Source of the DNA: Vitrella brassicaformis CCMP3155
Taxonomy: Eukaryota > Protista > Chromerida
Assembly (NCBI GenBank): GCA_001179505.1
Contig: CDMY01000255.1
Location: 496,001-560,000 of the forward strand
Length of the DNA: 64,000 nt
Direction: 5' to 3'
Every line of letters starts with the position of its first letter. The first letter of the stretch is position 1. This document shows positions 23,642 to 35,337 of the stretch, in pieces. Position numbers and translations under genes: made by a program. The notes beneath the pieces were generated by a model, which saw nothing but the letters and a program-made list of their open reading frames with translations, had not been told where the DNA came from and made no database searches.

Positions 23642-24610
23642 GTCTACCCGTCATGTCGCTCCTCGTTGGACACGAAATGCCTTTCTATCCCTCTCCAACC
23701 TGGGGGCGATGCTTCTATACCGTGGTAGAGGTAAGAATGACGTCGACCAAAGAAGAAAAACGACTCACTTGCGCGACGACGGATCTGAGCGAAGGGAATC
23801 GGCCCCAAATGCCCCCCAAATGCACGGACAGACCATGCGACTCCCTCTCTGCTCGCGAACAGCAGTGCGGCGGGCGTGAGATCAATGTAATTGCAACTGC
23901 TGCACCACGATTTTGAATGACACATCATACCACACGCAACGTACTTGAAATGAAATGAATCAGTCGACCCCCCTCTCCTGCACCCGAACACTCACACGTG
24001 CACACGCTGACGAGCTACTTGTCACCCATAAAACACGACAGAGGGCACACACAGACACACACAGACAAAAGCACACAAACACACACGACACAGGGTTTAC
24101 TAAGGCAGCACTGGCAGAGGCAAGCACAAGTTGAAAAACAACGCGATAAAAGGACGAGTAAGACACGGCAGGACAGTGCTGCAAGCAGGGCGCCAACCCC
24201 CGCCGTGTCACTCATGAACACACGCCCTCCACCGGGCCAGCCAGACACAAACAACATCATGTACCCTGTTTCCGGCCCCCCCCCCCCCCCNNNNNNNNNN
24301 NNNNNNNNNNNNNNNNNNNNNNNNNNNNNNNNNNNNNNNNNNNNNNNNNNNNNNNNNNNNNNNNNNNNNNNNNNNNNNNNNNNNNNNNNNNNNNNNNNNN
24401 NNNNNNNNNNNNNNNNNNNNNNNNNNNNNNNNNNNNNNNNNNNNNNNNNNNNNNNNNNNNNNNNNNNNNNNNNNNNNNNNNNNNNNNNNNNNNNNNNNNN
24501 NNNNNNNNNNNNNNNNNNNNNNNNNNNNNNNNNNNNNNNNNNNNNNNNNNNNNNNNNNNNNNNNNNNNNNNNNNNNNNNNNNNNNNNNNNCCCCCCCCCC
24601 CCTCTCTCTC

Positions 24611-25273
24611 TCAGCCTCCGATGCAGCGCGTGTAGTGTCTCTCATAAAGGCGGCGCTGCTCCTCCCGGTATCTTCTCTCCTGCTCCTCGCGAATGCGCCG
24701 CTGCCTCTCCTGCTCCGCCCGCTGACGCTCGGCAAGGGCTTGTTGCTCACGGTGCAGGTCCACCTGGAGAGAAGCCCTCGTGCCCTCCTTCTGCTGCATC
24801 GCTCGGCACAACTCGCCCTGCTGACGGTCTCTGCCGGCCATACGCTCCTTGATGTCGTCCTTTTCCTGACCAGCCGCGACGATGTGACCACGCTCATGGG
24901 CCACCTCGGCTTGCAGGCGCCGTGCGTTGGCGTCCTGCTGGCTTCTCTCCAGCACCTCTCGCTGCAGCTTCTGTTGGATGGCTCTCTCTCCTCGCACCAG
25001 ATCTTCGTGTTGCAGCCTCAGCCAAGCCTGCCGGTCCCTGTCTGTCTTGGCACGGAGCTTTTGCTTCAGCTTCCTGAGTGCGTCGTTGGTGGACTCGCCG
25101 CTCGATGGGTGGGAGGACTCGACCTCGCTGGAACATCGGGTGGTCCTGGGGGAGGCCTCGGACTCGCTTGGGCACGTGGTGGAGATCTCGTCGTCATCAC
25201 GCCGGTTGATGGCGTCATTGTCGGCGTCGATGAGGACTTTCGACAAGACTTCGCGACCGTCGCTCATGACCAA
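24611..25273 (-). CDS. Coiled-coil Glu/Arg/Gln-rich hypothetical protein
   Basis: 220-aa ORF rich in E/R/Q heptad-like sequence; its end abuts a gap. Confidence 0.55.
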   Translation of the reverse strand: MVMSDGREVLSKVLIDADNDAINRRDDDEISTTCPSESEASPRTTRCSSEVESSHPSSGESTNDALRKLKQKLRAKTDRDRQAWLRLQHEDLVRGERAIQQKLQREVLERSQQDANARRLQAEVAHERGHIVAAGQEKDDIKERMAGRDRQQGELCRAMQQKEGTRASLQVDLHREQQALAERQRAEQERQRRIREEQERRYREEQRRLYERHYTRCIGG

Positions 25274-25360
25274 GGAAGAGGGAAGGGAAGGAAAGGAGCG
25301 AAGAGAGCATCCTTGTGTTTAGGGTTGATGTTGTGTTTCACGCGGAAAAGTCCTGGCACC

Positions 25361-26149
25361 ATGCAAGGCAGACGGCTAACCGCTGCAGAGGTCAGCAGTC
25401 AGAAACAAGAAAGGAAAGCGAACACAGAACATTCTGGTTTTTTGAGTGGTCGCTTTCTTCAGCTGCGTGAACTGGTGGGGGAACAACAAGCTCAGCAGGC
25501 GGCGGAAGCCGAGGACGAGTCTTCCTCGCGGCGAACGGCGACCGATCCTGGAAGTCCCATTCATTGTGTAGGTGCACGAGTTCTTCGTGGATCATCGACG
25601 TGTGTGCCTCGATGTCTCTCCGTCGCCTGCAGCCTACTGATGCACCCCCCCTTGCGCATGGAGACGTGAGTGGAACCATCTCGGGGTCTCTGTCGTCACA
25701 AGGTGTGCGCCAGACAGTGACAGATTCTTACAGCTCTCTAATATGAGTCTCTATGTCTCTTTCTGCCTTCAGCATTCCTGCAGAACTCCGTCAGCGACGC
25801 TCAATTGCGCGAGCTCGCAGGAAGACGCAGGAAGAACCTGAAAATGATGGATCGCACTCGCTTTGAGACGATCAAGCTTTCCCAAGAAATTCGGGAAGAG
25901 AAAATCATGGACCGGCAAAGAGCCGCCGAAGAAGAATGGCAAAAGAGAGAGGTAGACAAGCTGGAGCGCTCGCGGAAACAGCTGCGGGACTTGAGGATCG
26001 AGCAAGAGCGGGAGCTTGCAAGAATGCAGTATCATGAAGGCAGACAGATTGCCGCGACCAATGAGATGCAGCAGAAGTTGCGTGAGCTGGAAAGCAGCAT
26101 TGCTCGATTGGAGAGGCAGATCGAAGACACAAGGAGACGGCCCTTTTAG
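25361..26149 (+). CDS. Coiled-coil hypothetical protein (exon structure of the 5' part uncertain)
   Basis: Last exon ...WQKREVDKLERSRKQLRDLRIEQERELARMQYHEG...EDTRRRPF*; its 3' part is duplicated at 18320-18530. Confidence 0.5.
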
Positions 26150-26339
26150 ATAGGGCGATTAGACTGTCGGCTTTTGGTCAGAAGACAGGAACTGAACAGT
26201 CGCATGTCTCTTCATATGTTGTGTCCTATTGTCTCTTCGTGCGTCATCAAAAGACTCTACTGCCCGCACATAAACTCTACTGCCATTCCTTTACGCACAT
26301 TGGCCTTAATGTCTCTCTGTGTCGTGCCTCTCTGATCCT

Positions 26340-26718
26340 TTAGGCGATCTGGCCGCAGCCAGCGATGATGACCGGCCGTGCGGTGCGGCCGCCCTGACTG
26401 CCCTGGGCTTCCATCGCTTTCACCACATTGGCCCCGTCAAGTACCTGCATGACAGACACAGATGACGGTGAGCACAGTTGTCATGTGTGTACCTTGCCGA
26501 AGACGACGTGCTTGCCGTCGAGCCAGGGAGTGGACACCGTCGTGATGAAGAGCTGACTTCCATTCGTGTTCCGACCTGCACACATGTACGACACGGGGTG
26601 TGTCGGTTCAGTCACGTACGTCTCCGTTGAGCCGTGTGTGTCGGAATCTACCGGAATTGGCCATGGAGAGGAGGTACGGCTCGGTGTGCTTGAATGAGAA
26701 GTCCTCGTCAGCAAACTT
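26340..26718 (-). CDS. Cyclophilin copy 3, 3' exons only (5' in gap)
   Basis: About 98% identical to copy 1, with substitutions giving [12 protein letters not shown] in place of [12 protein letters not shown]. Confidence 0.75.
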
Positions 26719-27018
26719 NNNNNNNNNNNNNNNNNNNNNNNNNNNNNNNNNNNNNNNNNNNNNNNNNNNNNNNNNNNNNNNNNNNNNNNNNNNNNNNNNN
26801 NNNNNNNNNNNNNNNNNNNNNNNNNNNNNNNNNNNNNNNNNNNNNNNNNNNNNNNNNNNNNNNNNNNNNNNNNNNNNNNNNNNNNNNNNNNNNNNNNNNN
26901 NNNNNNNNNNNNNNNNNNNNNNNNNNNNNNNNNNNNNNNNNNNNNNNNNNNNNNNNNNNNNNNNNNNNNNNNNNNNNNNNNNNNNNNNNNNNNNNNNNNN
27001 NNNNNNNNNNNNNNNNNN

Positions 27019-27728
27019 TCTCCATGATACACACCCTGATGCCACTGCCCTTCGTACTCAGCCATCCCTCCTGGCCGATACTTGATGCCTTCGCCGTGAT
27101 ACATCCCTTGCTGCCATTGCCCCTCGTACTCTTTCTGAACGCCGCCCCTGTGATATTTGGTGCCGTGTCCATGGTATTCGTCAGCCTCCCACTCTCCGTA
27201 GTATTCCATCGCGCCGCTGCGGAGGAATGATTTGCCGACGCCGTCTCGTTTGCCGTCTTTCCACCAGCCCGTGTACTCCATCTTGGAGGGGTCGTCATCG
27301 AAGAACTTGGTGCCCTCGCCGTGGAACTTGCCGGCCCGCCAGGAGCCCTCATAGAGCAGGGCGCCGTCGCCCATATTCTTTAGCACTCCCAGGCCATCTG
27401 GGAAGCCGTTGCTATCGAGCTCACCCTCGTACTTGCCTGCCTTACCCCCAGTTGGCTTGTACATCTTGGTGTGCACGCCAGAAGGGGGGGCCGAGCCGCC
27501 AGCGCGGAGCTGCTGAATCTCCTTGCGGAGCCGCTCTCTTTCCTCTCTCAGGACCTCCTCTCGTCCTCTGAACTGCCCCACTTGTTCCTTGAGGTGCGCA
27601 ATCTGGTCGTCCCGCCGCAAATCAGTCAGGGCGGATGATGCCGTCGGTGAGGGCCTCGGGATAGTCGGGATAGTCGGGCTGTTCTGACATACCTGCAGCA
27701 AGTGCATACCACATCCATCGTTCGTCAT
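27019..27728 (-). CDS. Coiled-coil + MORN-repeat exon, copy 3 (3' end in gap)
   Basis: 27019-27458 appears identical to 21170-21608; N-terminal coiled coil IAHLKEQV...[13 protein letters not shown]. Confidence 0.75.
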
Positions 27729-27751
27729 GCCGCTCCAATATGTAGTGCCGC

Positions 27752-28133
27752 CCCTGGTTGTTCACACGAAATGCCTTTCTATCCCTCTCTCACCTGAGGG
27801 CGATGCTTCTCTATGGAGGCAGAGGGAAGAACGACGTCGACCAAAGAAAAGATAACGACTCACTCAAGGGGACGGATCCGGGAGGAGGGAAATGGCCGCG
27901 AGTGGGAAGTCCTTGAAGGGAAGCTTGCGATAAGGCATCGATCCCTGGTTGTTCACACGAAATGCCTTTCTATCCCTCTCTCACCTGAGGGCGATGCTTC
28001 TCTATGGAGGCAGAGGGAAGAACGACGTCGACCAAAGAAAAGATAACGACTCACTCAAGGGGACGGATCCGGGAGGAGGGAAATGGCCGCGAGTGGGAAG
28101 TCCTTGAAGGGAAGCTTGCGATAAGGCATCGAT
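27752..28133. repeat. Perfect 191-bp tandem duplication (2 copies)
   Basis: ccctggttgttcacacgaaatgcc...ggcatcgat starts at 27752 and at 27943. A diverged single homolog lies upstream of MORN copy 2 (about 23670-23810). Confidence 0.9.
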
Positions 28134-28453
28134 CTCTGCACAGCCGACACACAGATGAAGTTCCCTCCTCCGTCGGAAATGCATGCAAAGCCCCCAGGCT
28201 CGCATGCGAAGCCCCCACAACGGAACGGCTGGTGCCCATTTACGGACGGAGGAACACTTTGTGCCGCGCTAGCAAGCTTCGCGAGTCCCGAATGTGCCTG
28301 ATTTCTCTGATCGGTAGTATTTCCCAGCGGGCCGGCGCCCCGGCGGCTTGGATTTCTATGTGCTATTATTTCCCCCTGCCTGAACAAAATGACGTGTCAA
28401 TAGAATAGGGCTGTTCGAGTGTGCCGATGATGAGGTGACATTTGGCAGGTGAG

Positions 28454-31400
28454 ATGCGGAATGGGGTGGTCTGGACAGCGCTGCTGCTCCTCCTGTTGAT
28501 GTGCGTGGCGACGGAAGCCGGCCTTGGGCCGTCCTTCAGGTGCCCGGCAGAGCGGCCCTACACTGTTGTGGCCGCCGCCGCCCCGGCAGTGGCCCTGCCC
28601 ATGACGTCGCTCTTCCCTCTCAACGGCGGCACGCCGCCCTTCACTTACACGCTGGAAAATAATGATGGCGTCCACGATGGTGGTCTGAACGTCACTGTGG
28701 ACGGGGGCGGTGTGCTGCTGGTCGGCTGTGATGGCGCGGCGGGAGGTGCGGGGCTGCATCATCTGCCACTGGCGGAGAGGCTGCTGGTGACGGACGGCCG
28801 GGGGAGGGAGGCCAGAGCCACGCCGGACGACGACTGCTGGCTGCACGTCGGTGGGTGGCTGTTCTTTCGAAAGAGATATATATGGGATGCTTGTCGGTAT
28901 ATATATGTGTGTCTGGTCGTGCAGACTGCAGCGAGCGCCCCTCCCACGCATACATCGTCGCAAAGGTAGGTACTCTCTGCTCGTCGGAAGGAATCCCCGA
29001 TCATTATGTATGGCTCACTGGCTTGTTTGCTGCTTGTGATTGCAATGCAGGCCCCCTACCTCCAGGCCATCATCGGCGGCGACCCCGTCACCCTGCCACT
29101 AAAGGACGTCTTCCCAACCGTCCCTTCGCCAATACCCGTCGAATCGCAGCCGGACCACCCCTATGTGCAGGCCTTTGGGGGCGAGCCGTACTATCCCCGT
29201 CCGGGGGCCCGCGTGACTGTCCATCGCGAAAACGACACATCGTCCCAGTGGCAGCTTGAGCTGCTTTGCGAGGGCCAGGCCCCCCTGGGCCCGTCGATGG
29301 TCTTCCTCTCGCCGTCCCGCGACCCCCCATTGGTCATGATCGACTCCCACCTCACCCTGAGCTCCACCAGCGGCGGTCAGGCATTTGGCATCGAGTGCCT
29401 CGCCACTGACTCGCCCACCTTTGCACGCGCCCCCCTTAACTCGCCCTTTGGCTACAGCCACCCCCTGGTCACCCCGGCTGACCGGCTCGCTGCCCTGCCG
29501 AGCCTCACGGCAGAGGTCGATGGGGTGATCGCGAGGACGTCCATGACGTCTGTGTGTTCGCTGCACCCCCGGTCGAGCATTCCGCCGTTTCGGAGCACTT
29601 TCAGCACCAAAAACATCGGCTACTTCAGGCAGAGCCCTCACCACATTGTCATCGATGTGGGCGTGGAGCTTGCTATCAGGTGACTGACAGACTCACAGAG
29701 AGAGGGGGACAGGAGGGAGCAATGCAATGTGTGTGTGGATGTGTGGCGTCTGTTTAACAGGCCTGTGGGTGAGGCTGACGTGTTGGAGCTCAAGTGCTCG
29801 GGCAAGTCGGCAGCCATGATGGGCGCCAGCAACGGGGTCGTCTACCAGACAACCATCGATGTAGGTGCACCTTCGCGGAAACAGACAGACCACACACACA
29901 GACATACATCGACAAGTGAGTGGCTTAGGCTATTCTCTGCGTGACGTGCGTGTATCAATCAGCTGGCGGGCACGTTGGTGGTGGCCGACCGAGGGGGCGC
30001 CAAGGCGGTCGCTCCACACGATGTCTGTCTCGTACAGCTACGTGAGGAAGGAACCAAACATGCCATTCACGGAATCGATCCATCTCGCTCTCTCTCTCTC
30101 TTGCCGATGGTCGACAGAGTGTGCAAGGGGCCTCCACTTCACCGCCTCCCCCTCCAATGGTGGTCGCATCCCCACCCTGCGTGCCGACGGCAGGGCCGCT
30201 ATGCCCATCTCCGACGTGTGTGACCTCCGGGGCGGCGAGGGGCCCTTCAGATTCGCACTCAATACTTCGTGGGGGCCGATGCAGCTGGGCGTCACCGATG
30301 ACGACAGAATTGCCCTCACGTGCGACGCGGCGAATGTCGGGGGGCTCTCGTCAGCTTTAATCGATCTGCAGGGGTAAACAAAGGGATGGATGGAGGGATT
30401 GAGGAGGGGACACATTCATTAATTCTGTTTGCTTGTGTCTGTTCCTTCTTTCCTTCAGTCTGTTGTACGCTGGTGACACCAAGACGAAGACCAAGACCAC
30501 GCCGCCGCCCAACCAGTGCCTCCTGCGCATCGGTCAGATCACAACAGAAACCAAAGGCAGACACACAGACACACAGACAACCTGTGTCCTTTCTATCTCT
30601 CATATCAATCAATCAGAGTGTACGGGCGGTCCCAGCAGCCCCCTGGATGTGTCGGCAGCCATGCCCCCGACATCGCCATCGCCCTCGTCGTCGGCAGCCC
30701 CAGCCCCGCCGACGGTCACGCGGCTGCGTGTGCGGCGCAACACGGGCCCCCAGTACGTCATGACCGTCCCCCGGACATGCTACCCCCCGCCCACAGACGG
30801 CCTCCCGCCATTCAGCTACAAGCTCGCAGAAGAACGTGCCAACGCACACTCTGCCCCTGGGACGGGACGGCAAAGCACCAGCAGCAGCAGCAGCTCACAA
30901 GGGCTGATCAGGGGGGGCGCTGGTGAGCTGGCCTTCTCCATGGGAGGGTCTGGGGCGCCGTTTGACGGCGGGATGGCGAAAGCGCTTGGAGACGCTGTGA
31001 CGTTCGCGTCACCTGCGTGGGGCGTGACGCTGTCGGTGGGCAGCCAGTATGGGCTGCTGGCCTTGGAGTGCGGGGCGGTCAGCCGGCCGGGCACCATCAG
31101 GCTGGACCTCTTCGGTATTATGCTCATGACCGACAAGAACGGCACCAAGATCACACCTGACCCGGGCACTTGTGTGCTGGATCTCGGTGAGTGCCGAGAT
31201 GAGATGAGATGCACCCACTGCACTGCCTGCCGAAGGAATGTGTGTTTTGCATTGTCACTTTCATTCAGAGTGTGTCGACGGCGAGGATACCGATATGTCG
31301 GCACCAGACCTGGCCCATGACGGGGCTGTCACCAGCCAGCACGGCAATGACTGCCCACTTCTGGAAGCCCCCACACCCCAGCTCACTGCAACGGTTGGCG

Positions 31401-32856
31401 GAGACGACAGCGAGCCCATCGACCACGTGTTGCGCATACGCCAGAGCACCGCCACAGCCAATGACGACCAGGAGCAAGGCGGGTCCGACGGCTCTCTCCG
31501 GGTGAGAGTGCCGCAGCAGCCGGTGGTGCTGGGCGGCATGGCGCTGTCCATCAAGGGGGAGGGCACAGTGAGAGACCCGACGGCTGTGACGGACGGGCGA
31601 GAGGGGCTGATGGTCAGCATGTCGCTGCAGTGCAGGCGCGGCTATCCCCCCACCAATTTGACGGTCGACCTCATGCACCTCATGGACGTGGAAACCGAGG
31701 ACCACGCCAGCCTGTGCAGCAATCCTGTCATCCTCTCGTGTCGAGGGGAGACCAACCACCCGCCCACCATCAGCTGCCGCGACCCACCGCCCTCCCTCGA
31801 CGCCATGACGGTCCGCGACCCTGAGGTGCAGGAGCTGGCCTTCACCGACATTTTCGACGTGTCTGACGACGACGGCGACGCCGTGAGGGTGCTCTCCCAC
31901 GGCACAGTGGACGGCAGCGACCCCAACAGCATCGTCACCAACCCCCCTCTCCTCTCCACCAACCTCATGGGCTCTTCCGGCGACCTGCAAGCCTTCGGCC
32001 GCAACGGCGGCCCGGAAACCGCACCCTCCACACCTGACAAACACTGGTGGGAGTACACCGAGCACATTAAGACTACCTATCCCCTCACGGCGAGGACGGC
32101 GGCCGTCAGCTTGCTTCAGTCGGCTGGGCTGGAGGGGGTGGAGGGGGAGGGAAGTGGGGAGGGGACTGGCGATGGTGAGGGGGGTGAGAAGGTGCTGGGC
32201 TTGGACGTGGCCGACGTGGTGCTGCGCATCGGGTGCCAGAAGGCCGGGCAGAGCGTCCACGCCACGGCGTGGATCGGGGCGCAGGTGACGGACGGGCACT
32301 ACGTCAGGGGCGCACAATGCCCCGTGGAAATCGGTACGGTACGATCACGGACGGACGGACAGATAGACAGAGAGGCATCTGGAGACTGCTTCGTGTCCTG
32401 TGTGCAGACTGTGAGTCCGACACGGGCTACTCATCATGTCGAGTGTGCGAGGGCGACACGTGCGAGCAGAACCCTCCAGCCATCACCTGCAGCGACCCAG
32501 CCACCCCCATCTGCATGCTCACCATATCCACGTCAGGATCAAGGGGAAGCGACGACACCAACACAACCGCGGCCAACGAGACCGAGCCCGAGCCGGCGGC
32601 AGTGGCGGCCGGCCCGCCCCTTCACGGCCCGCACGGGCTGCCCCTTCCCCCAGCAGGCCCTCCCGCCCCACCATTGTTCAGGCACAGACGGTGTGTGTCT
32701 GAGCAGCAGGCCATCGAGGCCTGGTGGGAGCAGTCAAGCGTACATGCCGCGCAGCACCCCGCGTCGCCCGAGACACACCGGTGGAGTTGGAGAGAAGTGG
32801 AAGACTGGTACGCTCACCAATTATCCAGATGCTTTGGGCTCACCCTCTCCCTCTCC

Positions 32857-32893
<37 letters not shown>

Positions 32894-33081
32894 TGTCTGT
32901 CTGTCTGCAGGGATTGGGGTGCTCAGCACTTGCTGGCTACGCGCGGCAACCCGTGTCTGGCGCTGGCAGCAGGGCTGGAGCCGATCATTTCCCAGGGAAA
33001 AGAGGGGGAGGGTGGGGCGGCACCCGAGCTGACGTGCCACTTTGCTGGGGCGGGCGGGCTGGCGGAGGACGCCGGGAGTAA
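28454..33081 (+). CDS. Large secreted protein with repeated Cys-containing Ig/cadherin-like modules (adhesin-like)
   Basis: Signal peptide MRNGVVWTALLLLLLMCVATEA. Recurring motifs GGTPPFTYTL / GGEGPFRFAL / PPFSYKL and L.L.C. Cys-rich segment CESDTGYSSCRVCEGDTC.... About 8-9 exons; the stop position is uncertain (33081 or 33142). Confidence 0.7.
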
Positions 33082-33299
33082 TTCGATGCCGCTGGACATT
33101 GACAACATGCTTGTTTCTGTTGTTGATGCTGCTGCAGCGTGATAATGAGGATTATAAGACAATGATGAATGAGTGTACGTGTGAGTGTTTTTGCACACAT
33201 CACATGCATGATCTGATAATATGATTCATTCATGTGTGTGCCTTTATGTGCCCCCTATATTGATGTGGGTGTTGTCTGTGTCCGTGCGTCCCTGCGTGC

Positions 33300-35050
33300 G
33301 TCTCCGTGCGCGTGTGGTGCGATGTGTAAGCGGTTTGCACAGCGGATCGACCGCGAGACGTGATTGATATATTTACTGTGGCCACCTGGAGACATGATCA
33401 GCCACACAAATGATGGATGGATAACATGATGCATGCTTGCAGTGGAACTGTCAACGAGTGTTCGGCTCAGGGGCATCCCTGATAAAGCCAACCAACATCA
33501 CATACTCTCCATCCACCACAGCTCGTACAAGGGCAGGGGCAGAGACATAGGGACATAGGACGCCCATACTTCCTATAAGCGCCACGCCGAGGTCAGCACA
33601 CAGTTGATGTTGTTCTGATAGAGTAAGTCTCGAGTGGACTGTTTCAGCTGGCGTCTCTGGCGCTTGTCGCACAGCAGCTCCGCGTAAAAAGTGGAAGAGC
33701 GTCCACCGTGATATGTCGAATCGGTCCTCATGGAAGTGCTTGGCCGTGCCCTCGGAAAGCCACTGCTGCGACAGCTGGCTGTGGATGGTGCCACGATGGT
33801 GCTGCCTCTGTTGGGCTGGAACCCCAAGCTCTGTGCAAGCATTTTGCAGTGCATCTCAGTGATACTTATCGCTACACCCATCCATTGAGTATTTCTCTAC
33901 CTGGCCACATGATAAGCTCCTTGATCCGTTGGACCTCAACATACTCGCCCGCAGCTGTCAGCTTATCCATCACTGAAGGAAGCCAAGTCGGAGAAATAGA
34001 CACGCATTTCCGCTAGTCAGAGTGTCATTGCTTGTACATGACTGCACCCTGTCCTGTGCGTATGTTCGTTCCTCCCGAACAGTGAGAGGAACGAGTCGAC
34101 GGCGGGTGATAAGCCCTCGTACATACCTGAATACACATCAAAAGAGAGATGAACATTGGTGCGTTGAGGTCTGTGCTACATACTCTTCATTTGACTGAGC
34201 GCGAAGAGAAAAAGGACAAGACATGACGACAGGGAGGCCGCAGAGAGCAAGGATGAAAAACTCGCGGAACTATGCGAAGGTAAAGGAACAGAATATCCCT
34301 GCCCTCGCTGCGTGTACGATGCGATGTCTGTTGTGCTGCTGTCGTGTACTTAACACTCAGCCGCAATTAACTCAAAGAACAAGAAGGGATGACCGGCAAT
34401 CAAGAAGCGGCACTTATCGATAAGCGGACCACAACGAGCGAGGGAGAGAGAGTGCGGCGTGCGAATGGCTGGCTGACTGACTGGCTGACTGGCTCGTGCC
34501 TGCGTGTGTGCTCTATAGCTTAAGTTGCGTGGGAGTATGGTTTGTGCGGTCTGTAGCGGCTGGTATGCATGACTGACAGGCGAGTGAGCTCAGCGTGCAT
34601 GCATCGCGTGTTTGGCATTTCAGCTGATATTACACAGCTAGAAAGACACATGTAGAAGAGACAAGAAGTGCAGTCAACTAACTAACATACACCCACCCAT
34701 GCATCCACCACCCATTCTCTCCATCTGTTCCATCTCATCTGCCCCCGCCGCTCCTCCTTGCGCATCGCATGGTTGCGCGCCTGCAGCTGGTACTCCAATC
34801 AGTGCGTGGTGCTCTATCGACGTCTCACGATTGACTATCTCACACAGACACACACACACAGAAGAAGACACGGACGCACCATGGTCATCGGTATGTCCAG
34901 ATACATCTGAGTTTGATCACTCACCTGACAGGTCGCATTCTGTTGATGACGTATCAGGCCGTTCGAACGCGCCGTACGCATAGCTCACGAAGGCCCGGTC
35001 AAAATCTGTTTCCCTGATAAAAGCCTGAATGTAACTACCGTATGAGCACA
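33300..35050 (-). CDS. Hypothetical multi-exon protein divergent from CAX
   Basis: Putative exons AFIRETDFDRAFVSYAYGAFERP..., MDKLTAAGEYVEVQRIKELIMWP | ELGVPAQQ...ALVRAVVDG with GT-AG borders. The full model is not resolved. Confidence 0.4.
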
Positions 35051-35337
35051 ACGGATGAGTAGGCGTGCATGATTTCGTACCTGTGGGGCAGAGTTTGCAT
35101 CGCGTGTGCAGATGTAACGCCACAGATCTGCGGAAAGAGCAAAATAACATCCATTCGATCCATTGACGGAAAAGGAGACCGGGAAACTGAGAAAATCGCG
35201 ACTTTGGGGAGAGGTCGCCCAAAAGTAACAGATCTATCGCAGATCTATCAATTCCCGACCACAAGTGTGACCACAAGTGTGTGCATTTTCATCCGCGCAG
35301 CTGAGGGATCCATCAATTGACCTTCACTTCAGCGAGG

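Noticed and set aside
24635-25669. 344-aa plus-strand ORF and similar long antisense ORFs (e.g. 31265-32317, 44447-45019)
   Set aside because: These are shadow ORFs on the opposite strand of GC-rich coding exons, with no protein-like signal.
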